Made by a program: the position numbers and the translations under genes
The notes under the pieces: generated by a model
Seen by the model: the letters and a program-made list of their open reading frames with translations, nothing else
What the model was told of the DNA's origin: nothing
Database searches by the model: none
Shown: piece by piece, positions 57,077 through 64,000 of the stretch
Position numbering within the stretch: the first letter of the stretch is position 1
Layout: each line of letters starts with the position of its first letter
Origin: Verrucomicrobiaceae bacterium
Lineage (GTDB): Bacteria > Verrucomicrobiota > Verrucomicrobiia > Verrucomicrobiales > Akkermansiaceae
NCBI GenBank assembly: GCA_051252135.1
Contig: JBPOGH010000008.1
Location: 160,001-224,000, forward strand
Length of the DNA: 64,000 nucleotides
Direction of reading: 5' to 3'

Positions 57077-60037
57077 ATGAATGGTTCGAAACTTTTTTTT
57101 CGCCTGACTCTTTTACTATTCTTTTTGTTAGAGATTCATTGGGTCGTTGCTGCGCTGCCCCCCGAGGCTAAGATTCAGGTTCGGAAGGCGGACCAATTAG
57201 CCAATAACGGAAGTGAAAAAGAGGCGCTGGAAGCAGTGGATGAACTCGTGACCCTTTTGGGGAACAAAAACTATCCCGGGGAATCGTCCTACGTTGAGAT
57301 TTTGGCTGTTGGTGCAAGAATCCGGCAAAGCTGTGGCAATCCCGAAGGTGGTTTGGAGCTTGCGGAGAGAGCCTTGGAAAGCGCGGCCCGGCTGAATCCC
57401 AAGAATTTTCATGTCACGGGGATGGCTCACGTTGCGGCAGCGTCGTGCCATGCTTCATTGGGTTTTCCGGAAAAGGCACGGGAGGAGGCTGCACGAGCTT
57501 GGGAGGTCATGGGTAAGATACCCTATCGTGACCCGGCGGTTCCGAACTTGATTCCCAGATGTCATGCGATGGTGCGTCTCGCCGCGACCTATCATGCGAT
57601 GGGGGATTCGTTGATGGCGGAAAAATATTACCGCCTTGCGGTTGATGATGGGAGGCGGTTGATGGGGTTTCCGCTTCAGGGTGCGAGCTATGACCTAGGG
57701 AAATTTGCGGCGGCGGGTCGGGCTTTTAGTTCATTGGGCGGATTCTACACTCTGGCCGGGGACCATCGACGGGCGATCCCACTGTTGCTCGAATCGATTC
57801 AGATTCGCAGGAATGCGGGGCCCTCGTCGCTTCCCTCCAATTCGATGGATAATGAGTCGAGCTCGATATCGCTCAGTCGTGCTTATTTGGGAATTGGAGA
57901 GGTAGAGAGGGCCAAAAGATATAGCTACGAGGCGATGCAGAGGGCTTCCTTGGGACCCATTGCTCAACGCAGTGTGGTTGCCAAGTCGACGTTGGCTTCC
58001 GCATTTAGTGCTGAAGGGGAGTATGACAAGGCTCTGGAGTTGACCGGGGAGATGATGTCGATGCAGCAGAAAATGCGAAAAGATGATGAGTATCTCAATC
58101 CATCGCTGGTGAACAATACCGGATGGCTTCAACTTCAAAAGGGGGACCATGCGGGGGCGAGAAAATCACTGATGAGTGCCTATCAGCTTTTGGTTAAGAG
58201 CGATGAGCAGGAGACGGAGTTAGGGGCCAATGTTCTCACTTCGCTAGCGATGATTGAATTTCTGGAGGGAAACCCGGAGCGGGGATTGAAGGGGCTGCGG
58301 AAGGCGAATGCGATCTATGAAGCGGAGGTGGACCGGAAGATTGGCTTTGGATCGGATTCCCAGAAGCTGGCGTATCTTCAAAAACTGAAGGGTAAGACGA
58401 ATTTTTTGCTGGGGATGGCGTTTAAAAAATACCCGGAGAATGAAGAAGTGGGAAGGGAGGCTTTGGTGACGGTTCTGCGAAGGAAAGGACGGATGACGCG
58501 CCTTTTGCAGCAATCGGCCCAGCTGTTGCGGGCGAGTCGGATTAGTGGCGAGGCGCGGAAACGGTTGGTGGATGCGCGAGCGAAGCTTTCGTTACTGGGT
58601 CTCAGTTTGGGAGTTTTCAGTCGGGAAGGTGCGAGTGAATTTGATCAGGATTGGATGGTTGAGTTGGAGGAGGCGGAGCGCGCGATCAATGAATTGGTGA
58701 GGAAGCAAAAGGGGGCCGAGGTGCGAGGAGCCTCGTTGGATTTGGATCAGCTTGCGGCGGCTCTTGGCGACGACGAGGTACTGCTGGAGTATGTTGTTTT
58801 TCGTCCGTATCGCGAGGGGGTTCCGAAAGCGAAGTTATCGACGATCCCGCTGAGATGTGGGGTTTTTGTGATGAATTCGAGGGGGAAGATTCAGGTGAAG
58901 GACTTGGGTGATTACGGGGAGATTCGCAGGTTGGCGGTGAGTTTTCGTCGATCGGTATCAAATCCCGGTGACGAGACGTATCGGGAGACGGGGAAGGTAC
59001 TTTATGGGGAATTGATTGAGCCGATCCGCAAGGCATTGGGTGATGCGAAGCATTGGCGGGTTGCTCCCGATGGACAGCTCAGTATGATTCCGTTTGGGGC
59101 TCTCATCGGTGATGGTGGAAGATTTTTGGAAGAGGAGGTTTCGGTGACCTATGTATCGAGCGGGAGTGAGTTGTTGGTTTCCAGAGAGAGGGTGCGGGGG
59201 GAGGGAGAGGTTACGATTTTTGCGGCGCCGGAGTACTCGCTTGGCGCAGTGAGGAGGTCGACAGAATCCCAGAAACAGGGTTTTAGTGCGAAGCTGGCTG
59301 ATTTTTGGGAGCAGATTTCGGCCGTGGGCGCGCCGCTTCAGTTTCCTCCTTTACCGGGGACGGTGACAGAGGCGAAGGCTATTTTGAAACTGATGCCGGA
59401 GGCAAAAGTCTTAGGTGGGGTGAACGCGACCGAGGGGGCGTTTCGTGAAGCGGTGAAAGGTGGTATCGTCCATGTGGCGACGCATGGTTTTTACCTGAAT
59501 GACGAACTCATTTCCTCGAATGAAAAGAGGGGCCTGAAACGAGTGAAGCCGCGGCCCCAGCCGGGATTGGAGAATGTGGTGGATCCGGATGAGACGGGGA
59601 ACTGGATTGGGCAACGAAGTTTGGATCATCCACTTTTGAACTGCGGGCTTGTGTTCAGTGGAGCGAATCAATTGTTCGATGGTCGGGATGACGGGGTGTT
59701 GACGGGGATGGAGGTGTTGAATCTGGATTTGCGGGGAACTGACCTTGTCGTGCTCAGCGCGTGCGAAACCGGAGTGGGAGAGGTTGTGGCCGGCGAGGGT
59801 GTGTTGGGTCTAAACCAGGCGTTTCGGGTGGCGGGGGCTTCGTCCCTGGTGACGAGTTTCTGGAAGGTCAGCGATGAAGCGACGGCGGCTCTGATGGCGG
59901 AATTTTACTCGGGCCTGTCGAAGGAAATGGGCAAGGGGGAGGCGCTGAGATCAGCGGCGGGAAAAATCCGAGGGTCAGCGGAGTGGCAGCATCCGGCTTA
60001 TTGGGCGGCCTTTTCTCTTTCCGGAGATGTGAAGTAA
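57077..60037 (+). CDS. Exported TPR-CHAT domain protease
   Basis: Signal-like N-terminus, TPRs, and catalytic HVATHG and LSACETG. Confidence 0.93.
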   Translation: MNGSKLFFRLTLLLFFLLEIHWVVAALPPEAKIQVRKADQLANNGSEKEALEAVDELVTLLGNKNYPGESSYVEILAVGARIRQSCGNPEGGLELAERALESAARLNPKNFHVTGMAHVAAASCHASLGFPEKAREEAARAWEVMGKIPYRDPAVPNLIPRCHAMVRLAATYHAMGDSLMAEKYYRLAVDDGRRLMGFPLQGASYDLGKFAAAGRAFSSLGGFYTLAGDHRRAIPLLLESIQIRRNAGPSSLPSNSMDNESSSISLSRAYLGIGEVERAKRYSYEAMQRASLGPIAQRSVVAKSTLASAFSAEGEYDKALELTGEMMSMQQKMRKDDEYLNPSLVNNTGWLQLQKGDHAGARKSLMSAYQLLVKSDEQETELGANVLTSLAMIEFLEGNPERGLKGLRKANAIYEAEVDRKIGFGSDSQKLAYLQKLKGKTNFLLGMAFKKYPENEEVGREALVTVLRRKGRMTRLLQQSAQLLRASRISGEARKRLVDARAKLSLLGLSLGVFSREGASEFDQDWMVELEEAERAINELVRKQKGAEVRGASLDLDQLAAALGDDEVLLEYVVFRPYREGVPKAKLSTIPLRCGVFVMNSRGKIQVKDLGDYGEIRRLAVSFRRSVSNPGDETYRETGKVLYGELIEPIRKALGDAKHWRVAPDGQLSMIPFGALIGDGGRFLEEEVSVTYVSSGSELLVSRERVRGEGEVTIFAAPEYSLGAVRRSTESQKQGFSAKLADFWEQISAVGAPLQFPPLPGTVTEAKAILKLMPEAKVLGGVNATEGAFREAVKGGIVHVATHGFYLNDELISSNEKRGLKRVKPRPQPGLENVVDPDETGNWIGQRSLDHPLLNCGLVFSGANQLFDGRDDGVLTGMEVLNLDLRGTDLVVLSACETGVGEVVAGEGVLGLNQAFRVAGASSLVTSFWKVSDEATAALMAEFYSGLSKEMGKGEALRSAAGKIRGSAEWQHPAYWAAFSLSGDVK

Positions 60038-60041
60038 GCGA

Positions 60042-62141
60042 TTACTCTTCAGACGGGAGAGAGGTCCAGGTGAGAAGTCGGGTGGCGTAGTTTCCGGTTT
60101 CGGCCCGGGTGAGTCCGCGGGTGGTTTCTTTGCCATACATCTTTGAGCTGAGGAGTTTGCCGAGGGGTGATTGCATGGAGGCGCCGCGGGACACTTCGAG
60201 GGCTTCCTGCTCAAGGGCGGTGAAGCTATGGCGCTCACGGGTGGCGCGGGTGGCCAGGACGACGAGTTGTTCCTTAAGGGGTTGGTCTGCGGTGACGACC
60301 AAGCGGGGGGTGTCGAGCCGGCCGCCAGCAGGGATGCGGTTGTCATCGGTGGTGGCCGGTTCGGGAAAGACGGCAGAGATGGCGAAGGATTGATCGACGT
60401 GAAGAAGGGTGACATCAGCGGCTACCGGAGAGCTGTTGGAAATGCGGAAGGCAATCTCGTCTCCTGCGTTGAGAGTTCTGCCCGAGGCTTCATGGGAGAC
60501 GATGGTTCCATTGTCTGATCCGGGTGGGTCGAAGCGGACGAGGTCGACCTTGATTCTGAGGCTACTGTCTCCGGTGCCGCGACCTGCGATGTTGAGGAGT
60601 TGTCGTGCGCGGGAGATTTTTCCGAGATTTTTGATAATGCTTTCGGCGGAGAGGAAGGTTGTTTTTTCATTTGTTTGATTTCCGCAGGCGGGAAGGAGTT
60701 TTCCTTCGGAGGCTTCGTTTAGTTGGATGATCCAATCGGCGGTCCCTGCATCGGAAGTGAGTTCGTAAAGTCCTTTGGAATTTTTTTGGAGGGTGTTGAT
60801 GACGGGTTGGGACGGGGTGTCGTTTTCATCGAGCTTTAGGGTGAGCCATTGGTTATCGTCGTTTCTTTTTTGAATGGCGACCTTCATGGTGGAGAGGCCC
60901 AGTTCGCGGTAGATGATCGAGGCCCGGCAGGCGGCGCTGAGGTCTGTGAGAATGGCCTTTTTCATTTCCCCAAATTCATGTGGGATCACAAATGAACCGG
61001 TGGCCTCCACGTGTGTGACTTTGACGGTGCCAAGGGATTGCTCCGAGTTGGTGACGGCGGGCGGGAAGACTTCGAGGATGGTGCCTTTCGTGATTCCGCG
61101 AAGGTGTCCGGAGTTGATTTGAAGACCTTTGGGACCTTGCATGCCGGTGAAGAGGACTTCGTGACGTTTTGGTGCTTTTCCTATTCCGAGGACGGGGAGG
61201 TCGAGGCCGTCTCCTTCCATGAGGGGAGTGGGTTGAAGGATGCCGTTGCTGCGGTAAACGACGTCGACAGTTTCGGCGAGATCGCGGTAGGTGAGGGCGC
61301 CGGGAGCGCCGGCGATAATCTCGAGAATGGTGGTGGAGAACAGTCCTCTTCTGGGGCCATGGGGAGGGGGCATGGGCAATTCGAAGGTGGGCTCGAGAGA
61401 CTGGGCGGCATACATGGCGATCAGTTTGCCTTTTGAGGCGGGCGAGGTTTTGGCGTATTCCCCGGAGGTTTCGGACCTGGTAGCGGGGACTTTCAGAGAG
61501 GGAGAGGTGGAGACCGCTTTTGGAATGAGGAGGGCGGGATCGATACGGCGATTGACGCGACCGGTCTGCTCGGTTCCCCGGGTCATGGTGCCGGAGTGAC
61601 AGGAGTCGAAGATAATCCAGACGAGGGCTCCCTTGTTGCGGATTTTGTTGGTCCAGACTTTGATTTCGTCATCGATGATTGCTCCTTCGATGGTCTTTTT
61701 TTCGGGATTCCAGACGGTGGTGTCGGCAGGCAGGAAAATCTCGTCCAGGCCATCGGTCTCGATGTCATCCTTATCATCGTTTGCCGGTTGTTGGCTGCCG
61801 TGGCCCGACATCAAGATGAAGACGACGTCGTCTTTTTGAGCTTTTGTGGCGAGGTTTTCGAAGGCTTTGGCGATGTTGTCACGGGTGGGACGCGCTTCCG
61901 CCTCCTTTGGCCAACCGGCCAAAGTGGTGATGTTTTTTTCAGGGAATTGAAAGCGGTCGCCGGTGAGGACCTCCTTGGCGAGAGCGACATCGTTGACGGG
62001 TCCCACAAGCCATTGGCTGCGATCGAGGGACGGGTATTCGGAAACGCCGACAAGGAGAGCGTGGTTTGCAGCAAGGGTGGATTCTGTGGCCAGCAAGAAG
62101 AGCGTGCTTGCTACAAAGCGAGCCAGAGGTGGTCGTTTCAT
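60042..62141 (-). CDS. Exported caspase family (C14) peptidase with DUF4384-like C-terminal domain
   Basis: ALLVGVSEY, SGHG, DSCHSG; signal peptide. Confidence 0.92.
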   Translation of the reverse strand: MKRPPLARFVASTLFLLATESTLAANHALLVGVSEYPSLDRSQWLVGPVNDVALAKEVLTGDRFQFPEKNITTLAGWPKEAEARPTRDNIAKAFENLATKAQKDDVVFILMSGHGSQQPANDDKDDIETDGLDEIFLPADTTVWNPEKKTIEGAIIDDEIKVWTNKIRNKGALVWIIFDSCHSGTMTRGTEQTGRVNRRIDPALLIPKAVSTSPSLKVPATRSETSGEYAKTSPASKGKLIAMYAAQSLEPTFELPMPPPHGPRRGLFSTTILEIIAGAPGALTYRDLAETVDVVYRSNGILQPTPLMEGDGLDLPVLGIGKAPKRHEVLFTGMQGPKGLQINSGHLRGITKGTILEVFPPAVTNSEQSLGTVKVTHVEATGSFVIPHEFGEMKKAILTDLSAACRASIIYRELGLSTMKVAIQKRNDDNQWLTLKLDENDTPSQPVINTLQKNSKGLYELTSDAGTADWIIQLNEASEGKLLPACGNQTNEKTTFLSAESIIKNLGKISRARQLLNIAGRGTGDSSLRIKVDLVRFDPPGSDNGTIVSHEASGRTLNAGDEIAFRISNSSPVAADVTLLHVDQSFAISAVFPEPATTDDNRIPAGGRLDTPRLVVTADQPLKEQLVVLATRATRERHSFTALEQEALEVSRGASMQSPLGKLLSSKMYGKETTRGLTRAETGNYATRLLTWTSLPSEE

Positions 62142-62388
62142 TGGCGAGAACTTTAATGTGATCAGGGCAAGAAGCGAGACTTCGCTGGTGGGGAGTTTTT
62201 TGCGGGAAAAGTCCGTTAGGGAGTCGTTGGTAGGATACGGACGAAGAAGCGGGGTTGGTTGGGGGGAGCAGGTGTTTTGGAAGGTTGGTTCGTTCAGGAG
62301 TTCAGGGTTTGTTTTACTTTAGGTCTTGGATCAGAGCGGTGTATGTGGATAACCGTGTGCGCAATTGTGTGCAGAACCTCTTAAGACC

Positions 62389-63285
62389 ATGACTATTCCC
62401 CGTTTTTCATTGATAGCCCTTACGACACTTTTTCCGGCTGCTTCCAGTGCAGTTTTGGTAACGACTTGGACTGCTGACAATGCGACTTTGGGTGATGCCG
62501 GGGCAGCTTCGGTATTACTGGAGGCCAGTCCGGTGGCATCTGATATGACCTCGTCAGTCGGGGGAGCAGTAACAGATTACACGGATGTGTTCACCCTGAA
62601 CGCCACGCAGCAGATGCAACTGAGTTCGGTTGGCTTGCCGGTAACGCAAGGGTTGGACAATGTGCGGGGAGACACGCGGAAGTTGATTGGGTCGAGTTTT
62701 GAAGGATTTGGAACGCAAGGGGGTTCCGGGAATGTGACGACGCGTGATGCGACGATTGATTTGTTTTTCAGCCCCGACAGCTTGAGCGATGCTTCGCAGA
62801 TGATTTTTGAAACGGGCGGGAGTGGAGCCGGATCGAGTGTGCATATGAATGGGACGACAATGACCTTTGCGGCGGCCCAGAATGCGGGGACGGCTGTGAA
62901 TACCTCGATTGATCTCTCGACGATCTATGATGTGGTGCCTGACACGGAGGATATGCTTTTGGTGCGATTGGCAATCAACATGGCGGGCGATGAGATCGTT
63001 TTATCGGCGACGAATCTTGGAACGGGGCTTTCGACGAACAGCTCGGTGGCCTTTACGGGAGCCGATTGGGCCGGGGGTGATGGGACGGGGATATTTAATA
63101 CCCAGGGATCGACCGGCGGTTCGGCGGGAGGCAATGTTCCGGCAAGCTACTCGAATTTTGACGGGCAGTTTGGAGGAATGAAATTTTACACCGACGAAGT
63201 TTTGTCTCCGATTCCTGAGCCTTCGTCATCGGTGATGGTGTTTTTGGCACTGAGTTGGTTGGGTGCGCGGCGGGTGCGGAAGTAG
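62389..63285 (+). CDS. PEP-CTERM sorting domain protein
   Basis: Signal peptide; IPEPSS, TM segment, RRVRK. Confidence 0.9.
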   Translation: MTIPRFSLIALTTLFPAASSAVLVTTWTADNATLGDAGAASVLLEASPVASDMTSSVGGAVTDYTDVFTLNATQQMQLSSVGLPVTQGLDNVRGDTRKLIGSSFEGFGTQGGSGNVTTRDATIDLFFSPDSLSDASQMIFETGGSGAGSSVHMNGTTMTFAAAQNAGTAVNTSIDLSTIYDVVPDTEDMLLVRLAINMAGDEIVLSATNLGTGLSTNSSVAFTGADWAGGDGTGIFNTQGSTGGSAGGNVPASYSNFDGQFGGMKFYTDEVLSPIPEPSSSVMVFLALSWLGARRVRK

Positions 63286-63420
63286 GTTTTCGTCTGAGCC
63301 GGAGACCCGGATGGATGGGGCGATGAGTTTTGGGAGGTCTCCGCTTGGGACTGAGAGGCCGTCTGAAAAATGCGCAACGAGTGTTCTGGTTATTGGGTTT
63401 TGAAAGAAATGCCGCTTCGC

Positions 63421-63507
63421 TGAGGAGGCAGGAGTTGAACCCTGAAGGGCTGCGAGTCCTTTCGCTTTAGGCGGCGTTGGTGTTTACCAACTTTGCTCTC
63501 GCCTCCC
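63421..63507 (-). other. tRNA-like structured element or tRNA 3' remnant, not a canonical tRNA
   Basis: Minus strand has T-loop GGTTCAACTCC, a closing GGAGGC/GCCTCC stem and several internal hairpins, but no proper anticodon arm. Confidence 0.35.
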
Positions 63508-63625
63508 GGCTCGCCCCTGCGGGCTGCACCGCGCGCAGGCTATGTCCTTCCAGTCCATTATCGTCCCGTCTTGCTTGAAGAGAAAATCCTTCGCAGCACT
63601 CATTCGGCATTTTTCAGACAGCCTC

Positions 63626-64000
63626 TTAGTGATGGTCCATGATGATGCGGACTTGGGCGATGGCTTGGGTGAGGGCTTCTCCGCAGGATTCCGCGGTGGG
63701 GCGTTCGGCGATGAGGTATCCTTTGGATTCGCCGCTTCCGGTGCGGTGATCGAAGACGCTTCCCACCTTTAAGGAGCAGGCGAGATCGGTGATGCCGGGG
63801 ATGGCGCGGGCTTGATCGAGGCCCTGGATTTCGCGCACGGTTCCGTGACCGGGGTGGATGATCCATACGCCCGCGTGTTGTTGGGCCTTGGTGGGGAATG
63901 GGGGTGTTTCTCCGGTGGCGAGGCGGAGGAGGGCTTCCCAGGGGTCGAAGTGATAGGCGCGCCGGATGAGTTCCATGATGTAGCCGCCGGGCGGGCGGGC
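63626..64000 (-). CDS. ATP-grasp domain protein, 5' end outside the window
   Basis: ARPPGGYIMELI motif and an L-amino acid ligase-like C-terminus. Confidence 0.75.
   Translation of the reverse strand, partial: ARPPGGYIMELIRRAYHFDPWEALLRLATGETPPFPTKAQQHAGVWIIHPGHGTVREIQGLDQARAIPGITDLACSLKVGSVFDHRTGSGESKGYLIAERPTAESCGEALTQAIAQVRIIMDHH

Noticed and set aside
62344..62352. Perfect DnaA box TGTGGATAA
   Set aside because: Single isolated copy about 40 kb from the skew switch; not enough to call oriC. It could be chance or a lone regulatory site.
1..64000. CRISPR array, rRNA, canonical tRNA, IS transposase, prophage
   Set aside because: No repeat-spacer array, rRNA, complete tRNA, transposase, integrase or phage structural gene was recognised by eye.

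Overview
High-GC bacterial chromosome segment, most likely Verrucomicrobiota; this is inferred from the PEP-CTERM, GEVED, CotH/LTD, PQQ-propeller and Zn-ribbon kinase/ECF gene content. The window probably spans the replication origin: the + strand flips from C-rich to G-rich at about 20-25 kb, and two parS palindromes lie inside mnmG. Housekeeping genes are tsaE, rplU, rpmA, trmL, mnmG and ribD. Accessory content includes an Rrf2-nirK(+cytochrome c)-nirV-like-SCO module, a vapBC pair beside an integrase-less integron-type gene cassette with a well-formed attC, many secreted proteins, and a convergent pair of exported CHAT and caspase proteases. The best candidate for an undescribed system is a tightly coupled six-gene operon at 34060-40767: Ser/Thr kinase, C39-like cysteine peptidase, membrane-anchored coiled-coil protein, GT25 glycosyltransferase, a small acidic protein ending GGGG-CDIHAGTSCSCLTD, and an ECF sigma factor, preceded by a GT34-like gene. 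All calls come from reading the sequence by eye; no database searches were run.
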